A DNA stretch of 64,000 nt from a virus, in IMG/VR virus record IMGVR_UViG_3300027791_000009, positions 1 through 64,000 of that record. The stretch is one strand, 5' to 3'. A model generated the notes under the pieces. It made no database searches. It worked only from the letters and a program-made list of their open reading frames with translations, and was not told where the DNA came from. Shown here piece by piece: positions 35,168-44,422 of the stretch. Every line of letters starts with the position of its first letter. Within the stretch, counting starts at the first letter, position 1. Both the position numbers and the translations under genes were made by a program.

Positions 35168-35743
35168 ATGGAGATACTTAGGATGGCTCCAAATAGATTT
35201 ACACTTATATTGTTAGGTATGCTTGTACTATTCGCTGTAATGGTTAAACCTGCTCATGCAAGAAACGAATATCTTAACAACAATACACAAGCCTGCCAAT
35301 ATGGTAGCTTTGATGTACAGACTAGTTATGGACAACAAGACACAGAATATAATCACTATTCACCAAATAACAATTACGACAACTATGGTAGAAATAAAGA
35401 AATAAGATTTACTTTCAGAAAGTACCTTGGTGTTAGTAAGGAGATGTGTGATAAACAAAATGCTATATTACTAGAGAATGAAGATTTAAGACAAGAATTA
35501 GAAATGCTTAAAGTTTGCAACAAGTATGCAGACAGACCATTACCACCACAATTCGCAACGGTAGAAAAACATTGCAAAGGTTTAAGAGCAAGACCTGAAA
35601 GAGCAAAATCAGACGAATCTATGTGGGATGAAATGAAGAAAGATTACATTGAGGACAATCCAGATGTTGATTTATTTGACAATAGCAAACCAGGTCTTAA
35701 ACTTCCACCAAAAGATTTCATATTACCTGAGCCTAAACCATAA
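35168..35743 (+). CDS. secreted 4-Cys protein
   Basis: Signal peptide ending AHA; C...beta strands...C...helix...C...C. Confidence 0.75.
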   Translation: MEILRMAPNRFTLILLGMLVLFAVMVKPAHARNEYLNNNTQACQYGSFDVQTSYGQQDTEYNHYSPNNNYDNYGRNKEIRFTFRKYLGVSKEMCDKQNAILLENEDLRQELEMLKVCNKYADRPLPPQFATVEKHCKGLRARPERAKSDESMWDEMKKDYIEDNPDVDLFDNSKPGLKLPPKDFILPEPKP

Positions 35744-35760
35744 TCCCATTGTAAAAATCG

Positions 35761-35768
35761 TATAAATA
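35761..35768 (+). promoter_or_regulatory. T4-type late promoter
   Basis: TATAAATA. Confidence 0.8.
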
Positions 35769-35776
35769 TAGTTGTT

Positions 35777-36334
35777 ATGGCAATATCTATATTAGACCCA
35801 TTAGTACAAAAACAAGGCGACACCAGAAAATCTGGTGCTTGGTATCGTAAGGCTGTCGGCAGCATTGCTGACAAAACACAGGCAAGACAATTAATGAGAG
35901 ACGGCAACCTAATCGGTAGACCTTCTCAAGGACGATTAAATCTATTTTTTTATGACCCGAAATTTAAGAAAACACTACCTTATTACGACACATTCCCTTT
36001 AGTATTACCATTAGAACCAATCAAAGGCGGATTTATGGGAATGAATTTCCATTATTTACCACCTGCAATGAGATTTACCTTACTCGCAAGAATGGATAAG
36101 TTTCTATCTGGTGACATGATAAGACCTAATACGAAGTACCAAGTAGATTATGATAGTGTGAAGAATATACCTATGGTTAAACCAACTCTTCATAAATATC
36201 TTTATAGTAATGTGAGAAGCAATTTTTTGCGTATCAATGCGTCTGAAGCTGCGGTTGCAGTATACTTGCCAGTACAACAATTCAGAAAACAACCAGCGAC
36301 TACCGTTTGGAGTAGAAGCAGAAGAAATAATTAG
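35777..36334 (+). CDS. 2: DNA end protector (T4 gp2)
   Basis: YDPK.K..LPYYD.FPL, G.NFHYLPP..R. Confidence 0.92.
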   Translation: MAISILDPLVQKQGDTRKSGAWYRKAVGSIADKTQARQLMRDGNLIGRPSQGRLNLFFYDPKFKKTLPYYDTFPLVLPLEPIKGGFMGMNFHYLPPAMRFTLLARMDKFLSGDMIRPNTKYQVDYDSVKNIPMVKPTLHKYLYSNVRSNFLRINASEAAVAVYLPVQQFRKQPATTVWSRSRRNN

Positions 36335-36368
36335 AGGACTCTTATGATGAATATGAGTAATAAGGTAA

Positions 36369-36521
36369 ATGGCAAGAAGAAGTTTATGGCGAGTTGCAAT
36401 CGTCAAATTAAGAATGTGGTATTGTGATATTAGAGGACACCACGGACACAAATGGAATTATGAACCAGGCGAATACTATTTAGGAATGCAGAAGAGTAAA
36501 CATTGGAAAGATAAACATTAA
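36369..36521 (+). CDS. small basic protein (50 aa, not in track)
   Basis: MARRSLWRVAIVKLRMWYCDIRGHHGH...; RBS TAAGG. Confidence 0.6.
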   Translation: MARRSLWRVAIVKLRMWYCDIRGHHGHKWNYEPGEYYLGMQKSKHWKDKH

Positions 36522-36530
36522 GGATAACTA

Positions 36531-37490
36531 ATGGCAATATTACGAGGCGGGAAAAGAATAGGAGGTATGGATATCAGAATTGGTATTCCTAGAGATACTT
36601 CTATGAACAATATTAACCGAGACCCAAGGTTCAAACAAAAGGTAGGTGCAAATCCTGAAACTACAATGGGTAGATTTCAATCCTATGTAAATGAATCAGA
36701 AGGTTTTGCTCGTAAGGCTAGATACTATGTTGTCTTTGAACTACCAACAGGTGGTAAGATTGCAGGTGGTATGGACTTTGGTGGTGCAGTACCTGGTGGT
36801 GACGGTATGGTACAAGGTGGTGAGATACGAAGATACGCTAACGAAGCAAACTTGCAACGAAGAGTACAAGCGTTTGTATCATCGGTAAATATGCCTGGTA
36901 GAACAATGAAGACTAAAGCAATAAAACACAATGGTCCACCAAGACACATTGTTTACGACTATGAAATGGCTGATGTATCAATGACATTTTATACAGACAA
37001 ATATTTAAGAGAAAGAATATTCTTTGAATTGTGGCAGAAGACTGCCTTTTCAAATATAACTCACAACTATGCTTACTATGATGAGTATGTAGCACCGATT
37101 AATATTCTTCAACTAGGTGCAGACCCAGGAGCACAAGAACGAGACGGTTCAACTTATGGTGTCAGATTGTGGGAAGCGTATCCTGTTTCAGTAGGTGATG
37201 TAGAGTATGCTTCAGGTTCAAATGAAGTACAAACATTTACCGTTCAGTTTAAATATAGATACTGGTTAAACTTTGCATTAGACCAACAAAACAAGTTTCA
37301 GATTGGTCAGTCGCAGTTTAATAGTGCTGTTGTCAAAGAAGGTGAGAGTGGATTTTTAAGTAAACTACCACCTGAATTGAGAAGAGCAGGCGAAGGTGTG
37401 CTACAAAACTTGAAGAGGTCGTTTCCAATCGGTAAGATTACTGGTGGAAGAGTTATGCCTCCATTCAAATTTGGACCACTAAATATATAA
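36531..37490 (+). CDS. 54: baseplate tail-tube initiator (T4 gp54-like)
   Basis: Tube-fold motifs VNMPGR, MTFY.D, FFE.WQ, EAYP..V; synteny 2-54-26. Confidence 0.8.
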   Translation: MAILRGGKRIGGMDIRIGIPRDTSMNNINRDPRFKQKVGANPETTMGRFQSYVNESEGFARKARYYVVFELPTGGKIAGGMDFGGAVPGGDGMVQGGEIRRYANEANLQRRVQAFVSSVNMPGRTMKTKAIKHNGPPRHIVYDYEMADVSMTFYTDKYLRERIFFELWQKTAFSNITHNYAYYDEYVAPINILQLGADPGAQERDGSTYGVRLWEAYPVSVGDVEYASGSNEVQTFTVQFKYRYWLNFALDQQNKFQIGQSQFNSAVVKEGESGFLSKLPPELRRAGEGVLQNLKRSFPIGKITGGRVMPPFKFGPLNI

Positions 37491-37515
37491 TTAATAATAA
37501 GGAGATGATAACAAT

Positions 37516-38250
37516 ATGGCTTTACCAAAAATTGAAGTCCCAACATATAAGATAACTCTACCTAGTAAAGACCAGGAAGTAGAGTATAGACCTTTTCTGG
37601 TCAAAGAAGAGAAGATATTGATGATGGCAATGGAAGAGCAGAATGACGCTCAAATGAAAGCTGCCGTTAGAGATTTAATTAACTCTTGTACTTTCGGAAA
37701 ATTAGAAGTAACCAAACTACCACTATTTGACATTGAGTATTTGTTTTTAAATATTCGTGCCAAGTCTGTAGGTGAGATTGCGTCTTTCAAAGTTTTCTGT
37801 CCTGAAGATAAGGTTACACTTATACCTGTTGAAGTAGACTTGACAAAAGTTGAGGTACAGGTTGATGACGACCACACAAATAAAATTGTATTAGACGAGA
37901 CAAGAAATCTTGGTATTAGTATGAACTATCCTAACATTGACACTATTCCATTGGGCGTAGATAATTCTATGAATACAGACTCAATCTTTAAAACGATTGT
38001 TGATTGTATAGATTATATCTATGAGGGGGAAGAGGTGCATAAAGCGAAAGATAGTACAAAGGCTGAACTAATAGATTTTTTCAATAATCTTAACACACAA
38101 CAATTTGAGTTAATTAGAAAATTCTTTGACACAATGCCGAAGTTAAGGCATGAGCTCAAGGTCGTAAATCCTAAAACCAAGAAAGAGAGTGTGGTTACAC
38201 TCCAAGGACTATCTGATTTTTTCGTATCTGCCTCTCCCACAACAACCTAG
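37516..38250 (+). CDS. 26: baseplate hub assembly protein (T4 gp26)
   Basis: MALPK..PTY...LPS, YRPFLVKEEK, FDIEYLFL.IRAKSVGE, L.GLSDFF. Confidence 0.92.
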   Translation: MALPKIEVPTYKITLPSKDQEVEYRPFLVKEEKILMMAMEEQNDAQMKAAVRDLINSCTFGKLEVTKLPLFDIEYLFLNIRAKSVGEIASFKVFCPEDKVTLIPVEVDLTKVEVQVDDDHTNKIVLDETRNLGISMNYPNIDTIPLGVDNSMNTDSIFKTIVDCIDYIYEGEEVHKAKDSTKAELIDFFNNLNTQQFELIRKFFDTMPKLRHELKVVNPKTKKESVVTLQGLSDFFVSASPTTT

Positions 38251-38414
38251 AGGCGTACTTTGAGACTAACTTTGCATTAATGCAACACCATAAGTATAGT
38301 CTATCAGAATTGGATTCTCTTATTCCTTGGGAAAAAGAGGTTTATGTATCTTTACTGGTTAAACACCTTAAAGATGAGAAAGAAAAAGCAAGACGGGATA
38401 AAATGAATAAATAA
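38217..38414 (+). CDS. 51: gp51-like hub assembly chaperone segment (probably reached by -1 frameshift; only in-frame internal ATG start option is 38280)
   Basis: TNFALMQHHKYSLSE....IPWE.EVY..LL motif. Confidence 0.85.
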   Translation, partial: FFRICLSHNNLEAYFETNFALMQHHKYSLSELDSLIPWEKEVYVSLLVKHLKDEKEKARRDKMNK

Positions 38415-38443
38415 TAGTATGAAGAACAAAACAGAGGTATCAA

Positions 38444-38764
38444 ATGGCTGAAGAAATAAAAGAAGTTAAGGTTGCAGAACCTAAACAGAAAATACAAGTT
38501 GATTTAGAAGTTGATACTTCAATAAAAGACTTAGGTATCAATCCATATTCAAAGATAATACATATGGCAAGAGCAGTTGACGCTTGGAGAATATTCCCAA
38601 GATTGTTTTTGACCGTATATATTGTTTTACTATACAAATGTGTAATATGGTATATGAATTTACCAACACCTACTATGGAACAAAGTGGGTTAATCAGTAT
38701 CGTTGTTGGTGCTGGTGCAGCTTGGTTTGGTTTATATACTGGTTCAAGTAAAGGTAAAAATTAG
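38444..38764 (+). CDS. 2-TM membrane protein (holin-like candidate)
   Basis: DAWRIFPR followed by two TM helices. Confidence 0.7.
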   Translation: MAEEIKEVKVAEPKQKIQVDLEVDTSIKDLGINPYSKIIHMARAVDAWRIFPRLFLTVYIVLLYKCVIWYMNLPTPTMEQSGLISIVVGAGAAWFGLYTGSSKGKN

Positions 38765-40333
38765 ATGGCCGCAAGTACACTAACACAAGCCTCACAAGAC
38801 GAGATAGTAAGCATATTCAAAGCAATCTCTAGTAAAGTACAAGGTTCAGTTGAAGGACTTGTTAAGACTACTCAGCCCAAACTAAACAAATTAGTTGCAG
38901 ACACAATAGACGCATTTAAAGACAAACCTCAACAAGTTAATAAACAAATGAACTTGTTAGCAAATAGGATGCAAGAGTTAGGTATGTCTGTAGATGACTT
39001 AACACAAGGCATAGAAGATAAAGATTTAACTGCTGATATGAAATCTCTACAAGACGCATTGCGTAATAGAGAACAAAAAATTGTAAAGGCAGACACAGAA
39101 GCAGCTGAATTGCGTAAACAAGGTGTAGCCGCAGAAGTAAAGATGACACAAGCCGGTGCCAAGGTAGTTATACTATCACAAAAAGAATTATCTAAACGAA
39201 CTGAAACATTACAATCAGAGCAAAAGATTTTAATTGAGCGAGAACAAAAGAATTTAAAAGCAACAAAAGAACTTGATAAGTTAACTGGTAAAGAAAAAAC
39301 AGCACAAGCAAATCTTATTAAAGCAGAAACAAAAAAGATAGCAAAAGAACGAGAAAAGATAGAAGAAAAAGAAAAGGCCATTGGCGGTAACCCTAGTAAT
39401 AACTATGGTGGTCAAGGTGGTGATTTGATAGACCCACGAGGTATGTTTGCTGGTATATCAGATACCTTTATGGGTATCAAAGATAGTATCACAGGACCAT
39501 TCGTAGAACTTGGTGAAATAGGAAAGCGTATGGGTAAGTCATTTATGAACTTTGGTAAAGCAATGAAGACACCAATCAAGTCATTAAAACTACTTGGTGC
39601 AAGTCTTATGGTTGCAGTACTACCTATGTTGTTGTGGGCTGTAGGTATATTAGCATTGATTGCTATTATCGCAGTTGCAATATTTAAGTTTCATGCTATC
39701 AAAGACGCAATCATAGACGCATATAACTATCTAGGAGATGTATTTACTAAGTTTGGTGAATATCTAAAAGAGAAGTGGGATGCCTTAGTAGAGTATATAG
39801 GTGGACTAAAAGATTCAATAATGGAGAAGTGGGATTCGTTTACAGGTGCATTTGGTGAAATGGTTGATTATGTAAGTAACCTAGGAAGTAAAATATGGGA
39901 TAGTATATCTGAAGCGTTTAGTAGTGTTGGTGATTTCTTAATGGATGGTTTCAAAACTATAGTTAATGGTGTTATCAAACTGCTTAACAAGGTACCTTTT
40001 GTCGATATACCTCTATTAGGTACAAGTGGTGGTTCAGCAGGTATGGAAACTGGTCCATCAACTAAAGCAGAAATAGAACCAAGCACAGGCGTTTCAGATA
40101 AAATTGCTAGTTTCTTTGATAAACTTACAGGTGGTAATGATAATGAAGAAAATGCTAAAACGCTCATGTCAGAAGGTGATGTTAGCAACTCTAAACAATC
40201 TAACAATGTTGGTGTAAACCAAGACAACAGACAAATCGTAACCACAAACAACCAAGAATCAGTATTTGCTGGTAGAGGCAATCCTAATCCAGACCCACCA
40301 AGTATGTGGGAAAAGATGACAAGTCTATTTTAG
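38765..40333 (+). CDS. tape-measure-like protein (gp29 position)
   Basis: Long coiled coil, central hydrophobic segment, periodic W/F/Y repeats; lies between gp51 and gp4/48. Confidence 0.7.
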   Translation: MAASTLTQASQDEIVSIFKAISSKVQGSVEGLVKTTQPKLNKLVADTIDAFKDKPQQVNKQMNLLANRMQELGMSVDDLTQGIEDKDLTADMKSLQDALRNREQKIVKADTEAAELRKQGVAAEVKMTQAGAKVVILSQKELSKRTETLQSEQKILIEREQKNLKATKELDKLTGKEKTAQANLIKAETKKIAKEREKIEEKEKAIGGNPSNNYGGQGGDLIDPRGMFAGISDTFMGIKDSITGPFVELGEIGKRMGKSFMNFGKAMKTPIKSLKLLGASLMVAVLPMLLWAVGILALIAIIAVAIFKFHAIKDAIIDAYNYLGDVFTKFGEYLKEKWDALVEYIGGLKDSIMEKWDSFTGAFGEMVDYVSNLGSKIWDSISEAFSSVGDFLMDGFKTIVNGVIKLLNKVPFVDIPLLGTSGGSAGMETGPSTKAEIEPSTGVSDKIASFFDKLTGGNDNEENAKTLMSEGDVSNSKQSNNVGVNQDNRQIVTTNNQESVFAGRGNPNPDPPSMWEKMTSLF

Positions 40334-40761
40334 AATTTACCTAAATCGTCTTCTGTAAATATCTTAAACTCAAAACCTTGCATTTCGCAATAACGAACAG
40401 CGGCTGCCCATTTAGCTCTATTTTTGACATATGCTAATGTCTCATTGATATATGCTCTAGTCTTACGAGCTCTAGGTTTAGGTTTCTTTGTGAAGGCCTT
40501 AGGTTTGATTTCAATTATATACTTACCTTTCTTGGTAACTATAAAGAAATCAGGAAAGTAATTATGTATTCTCTTGGTCACAGGATTACGATAAGGAATA
40601 GCAATCTCTTCACTACCCCAATGTGTGATTCCTTCATTACGGTCGCAGTAAACCATAAATCTTCTCTCCCAATTAGAACGATAGATAACTTTTTCGATAT
40701 TACCTAGATATTTGTCTTTGTTTTGAGGTTTGTATCTGCCTTTATAACTTGCTGTAGCCAC
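40330..40761 (-). CDS. 4: head completion nuclease (T4 gp4)
   Basis: YKG.Y.P.N..KY.G, YRS.WER.FM..CD, W.SEE, YFPDF, EIKP. Confidence 0.93.
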   Translation of the reverse strand: MATASYKGRYKPQNKDKYLGNIEKVIYRSNWERRFMVYCDRNEGITHWGSEEIAIPYRNPVTKRIHNYFPDFFIVTKKGKYIIEIKPKAFTKKPKPRARKTRAYINETLAYVKNRAKWAAAVRYCEMQGFEFKIFTEDDLGKF

Positions 40762-40773
40762 TTCATCTTCCTG

Positions 40774-40808
40774 TATAAATATTAGTATAATTCATAAGGA
40801 TATTTATA
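40774..40808. promoter_or_regulatory. overlapping, oppositely oriented late promoters
   Basis: TATAAATA (+) at 40774-40781 and TATTTATA (-) at 40801-40808. Confidence 0.8.
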
Positions 40809-40809
40809 C

Positions 40810-42009
40810 ATGGGATATACGAACAAAATTAGCTCTGTAATCAAAGGCCGTATCAATTCAGGTACAAATGCTGTAAAAGGCTTTGTTGATGGTCTTGCTG
40901 GTGACATTAGCTCACAGATAGATAACTTCAGCAATCAGTTTACTGGTGCTGAAAATACAGAAGCAACCAAAGCAAAAGCACGACAGATACTAAATCAATC
41001 TCCTTTAGAGATAGGTGAAGGTGGTGCAATGCAAGGTAGAGTCCGTTCCAGAATTAGTTTTGGTCAGATATATTATCCAGAAGAAACAGGTATGTTAGAC
41101 GAAGGTCACTATGTCATATTTGACATTATTGAAAACAGAAAAACATCTTATGGTAGTAGTATGAAGAGAAAAGTAGAAGTACCAGCAGATGATGACGCAG
41201 AAGCAACAAGAGTAGCTGCAGCTGGAGGATCAGCACCTGGTGGTGGTTATGCAACTGATTATTATGGTAGTACAACTAGAAAGGCAAGAGAAATGTCTTC
41301 TGGTATTGGCCAAGGTGGTTCACATACACATACAAGAATTAGTGATACGGTGTGTTTATATACACCTGCTGAGGCTGCAAAATTCTCATACAAAGCAAAT
41401 TACGAAAACTTAGCAACTGGTCTTGCCGGTCTTATGGCGTCTAGTATGGAAGCAGGTAAAGATATGTCTTTCAAAGAAGCACTAGTAGACGGTGGTGGTG
41501 CTATGATAGAGAGAGTATTAGGTGAGGCAGTAACCAGTATCGCAAGTGCGTTACCTGGTGTTGGTGATGTTAGAGGTGCAATAGACAAGTCAATGGGTAG
41601 AGCATTAAATCCATTTAACGAACAAGTCTTTAGAAGTGTACCATTTAGAGAGTTTGCTTTTCCATTTACATTTGCACCAAAGAATAAAAAAGAAATGTTA
41701 AATGTAGAAAAAATTATCAAGTTATTTAAATTTCATATGTTACCTGAATTTAGTAATAAAACTAAATCAGCATTTTTGTCTCCATCTGAATTTCAAATAA
41801 CTTATTACTATCGTGGTAAGACAAACGATTATATACCACAGATTTCTCGTTGTGTAATGACAGGTATGGATGTAGACTATGCAACAGAAGGAACATTCCA
41901 TACATTTAGAGAAGACGATAGAGGAGCTGCACCTATTACAACAACAATGACTTGTACATTTGCAGAGACAGAGATTATGACTAAAGAGACAATCGCTAAA
42001 GGGTATTAA
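40810..42009 (+). CDS. 48: baseplate tail-tube cap (T4 gp48)
   Basis: NP..EQ.F....FR.F.F.F.F.PKN..E, P.EF.I.Y, F.ETEI.TK. Confidence 0.88.
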   Translation: MGYTNKISSVIKGRINSGTNAVKGFVDGLAGDISSQIDNFSNQFTGAENTEATKAKARQILNQSPLEIGEGGAMQGRVRSRISFGQIYYPEETGMLDEGHYVIFDIIENRKTSYGSSMKRKVEVPADDDAEATRVAAAGGSAPGGGYATDYYGSTTRKAREMSSGIGQGGSHTHTRISDTVCLYTPAEAAKFSYKANYENLATGLAGLMASSMEAGKDMSFKEALVDGGGAMIERVLGEAVTSIASALPGVGDVRGAIDKSMGRALNPFNEQVFRSVPFREFAFPFTFAPKNKKEMLNVEKIIKLFKFHMLPEFSNKTKSAFLSPSEFQITYYYRGKTNDYIPQISRCVMTGMDVDYATEGTFHTFREDDRGAAPITTTMTCTFAETEIMTKETIAKGY

Positions 42010-42012
42010 TAA

Positions 42013-42522
42013 ATGTATTTTTCAAGTTTTCCACTTATACTATACGATATGAAAGGTGACCAGAAGAGTAAACTGGCAACTAACATAATTAAAAGAGTAA
42101 AGGTACGAGAGAAAGTACTAGACGCAGCTATGCTGTATCAGAAATACTTTGTACAACCTGGTGAAAGACCAGAAGATGTAGCATTTAATCACTTTGGTAA
42201 ATCAGAATATCACTGGATTATATTGTTGACAAATAATATAGTAGACGCATACTATGATTGGCCTATGAACTATAATGAGTTTGAAACCTTTATCAAAGAC
42301 AAGTATGCCAATGGTGAAGCAATACATCATTACGAAAAGAAACAAACAAGTGGAGATACAGAAGTCCACATAGAATGTATGAGTACAGACGCAGGTGCTG
42401 TATCCATATCAAATAGAGAGTACGAACAAAGAATACAAAACGATATAAGCGAAATTAAGTTGTTAGACCAAGGTTATCTATCAACATTTTTAGATGAGTT
42501 TGATAAACTGATAGGTGAATAA
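42013..42522 (+). CDS. 53: baseplate wedge protein (T4 gp53)
   Basis: MYFS.FP, GERPE.VA, HWIILL.N.I.D...DWP. Confidence 0.9.
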   Translation: MYFSSFPLILYDMKGDQKSKLATNIIKRVKVREKVLDAAMLYQKYFVQPGERPEDVAFNHFGKSEYHWIILLTNNIVDAYYDWPMNYNEFETFIKDKYANGEAIHHYEKKQTSGDTEVHIECMSTDAGAVSISNREYEQRIQNDISEIKLLDQGYLSTFLDEFDKLIGE

Positions 42523-43976
42523 TGTACAGCAAATTAAAAACCGATGACTTGAAAAAGGCCGGTGACTATACACTATCTGAAATAGTAGTGCATAGTAGAA
42601 AGTCTTTTGATGGTTCAAGTAAAGCAAAGAAGACGGACATCACAAGTCTAGTCGCAGAGATTAATATTTACGAAGATATTAACGAGAAGAACTTGTCTGG
42701 TCAGTTAGTGATAACAGATAGTACAGGTCTTCCTAATCATATGCCATTAACTGGCCATGAACTACTAACATTTAAACTAGGTACACCAGGTTCAAGTCGT
42801 TATTTCGACTTTGAAAAGCATCCTATGGTCATCTACAAGATAGGTAGTAAGTCACCACATAATCCTAGGTCACAATTCTATGTACTATACTTCTGTAGTA
42901 AAGAACAAATTACAAATCAAACCGTTAAGGTAGAGAGACCATTTGCTGGTGCCATATCTGATATGATATCATCAATTGCATTGTCTGAATTAGGAACAAG
43001 TAAAAGCATATTCCTTGAAGGAACAAAGAATAGTCGTAAGTTAGTTGTACCAAGATTTAGACCATTTAAGGCAATAGATTTCTTATGTTCACAAGCAGAG
43101 TCTGCTACATTTCTTAACACAGGATTTAAATGGTACGAGACAGCACAAGGATTTCATTGTCGTAGTTATGAAAACATGATGGCAGTTGGATTGGATAGCA
43201 CAAGACCAAACAATGGTTACTTTAAACCTACTATGGCAGGTACAACAAGAAACAGAGGTAACCGTGATGTTACCCACGAAATGCAGACGCTACAATCATA
43301 CGAAGTCATAGAACAATTTAATCTTATGAAACTATTAGGTATGGGTGGTGTTGCAAGTAGAGTATTAAAGACAGACTTGTACAATAAAACATTTAGCAAC
43401 TCCGACTTTGATTACTCAAAAGAATATAGTAAACACCATCATACTGAACATGATGGTAGTGGTATGAGACAAAGCGATAAGAAGATATTACCTACTTATC
43501 CATATAGAGATAACTTACCATTAAGTGCATATGCTGATGGAACATTTTTTAATTCAAGTGAAACCACTATGCAATATGATGGATATGAAAGTGTTGCACC
43601 AGAAAACTCAATGCTAAAACGAATAGCACAAGAAGTAGCATTAGAATCATTTAAAGTCCGACTAGAAGTACCTGGTTACACAGGATTATCAGTAGGAGAA
43701 ATGATAGGACTAGAGATACCAAGATATGAAAGTATAAGTGTTGGTGAAAAAGACCAAGATGAAGCATTAAGTGGCAGATATCTAGTTAGTAGAATAACAC
43801 ATAAGGTACTACCTGGTAGAAGTTACCACTCAATGACGATTGAAGCAATGAAAGATAGTGTAAGAACGCCATACTATGATGAAACAATTAAAGTAGAAGA
43901 AGGCAATACTGATAAAGGCAAAGTGTTTGAACAAGAGAAAGTAGATGAAGGTATCTTTGGAATCTTTAAACTATGA
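42522..43976 (+). CDS. baseplate hub protein (gp27-like)
   Basis: INIYEDI....SG, ET..GF, LSGRYLV..I.H; lies between gp53 and gp5. Confidence 0.75.
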   Translation: MYSKLKTDDLKKAGDYTLSEIVVHSRKSFDGSSKAKKTDITSLVAEINIYEDINEKNLSGQLVITDSTGLPNHMPLTGHELLTFKLGTPGSSRYFDFEKHPMVIYKIGSKSPHNPRSQFYVLYFCSKEQITNQTVKVERPFAGAISDMISSIALSELGTSKSIFLEGTKNSRKLVVPRFRPFKAIDFLCSQAESATFLNTGFKWYETAQGFHCRSYENMMAVGLDSTRPNNGYFKPTMAGTTRNRGNRDVTHEMQTLQSYEVIEQFNLMKLLGMGGVASRVLKTDLYNKTFSNSDFDYSKEYSKHHHTEHDGSGMRQSDKKILPTYPYRDNLPLSAYADGTFFNSSETTMQYDGYESVAPENSMLKRIAQEVALESFKVRLEVPGYTGLSVGEMIGLEIPRYESISVGEKDQDEALSGRYLVSRITHKVLPGRSYHSMTIEAMKDSVRTPYYDETIKVEEGNTDKGKVFEQEKVDEGIFGIFKL

Positions 43977-43980
43977 TAAC

Positions 43981-44116
43981 TAGAGAGATACACAGAGAAT
44001 CGCCCCGGAGAACGCCCCTCCAACCCTCTAAAGGGCATACTATAGGCAATCTCAAAGCACTCTCCACTCTATATGCTGACAATCAGACCAGAACCAATGA
44101 GAACAGAATGAGAACA
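43981..44116 (+). repeat. short GAGAR-core repeats in non-coding DNA
   Basis: TAGAGAG 43981, CAGAGAA 43993, CGGAGAAC 44006, AATGAGAACA at 44096 and 44107. Confidence 0.55.
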
Positions 44117-44136
44117 AAACACCAATAAAGAGAGAT

Positions 44137-44388
44137 ATGAAACAATTAAACAACCCTTTACGCAACACATTAGAAACCATACGCAATACCTACGAGGATG
44201 CTTTGTATAAAGTACATCTACACAGGTTTTACAAAGGTACATACGCATTTGACGGTCTCAATCATAAAGTCGGCGTAGTAGAAAGAATGACCATACAAAT
44301 CGCTATCTATACAAAACTAATCAAAGATATGACACTAGCGTGCCAGTTGCGTAGGTTTAGAATAAATAGAAAGAATAATATAATCTAG
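44137..44388 (+). CDS. hypothetical ORF (uncertain)
   Basis: 83-aa ORF with weak RBS in a compositionally atypical region. Confidence 0.35.
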   Translation: MKQLNNPLRNTLETIRNTYEDALYKVHLHRFYKGTYAFDGLNHKVGVVERMTIQIAIYTKLIKDMTLACQLRRFRINRKNNII

Positions 44389-44422
44389 TGTTATCTAAAA
44401 GGTACAAGTATCGGAAGAAATT

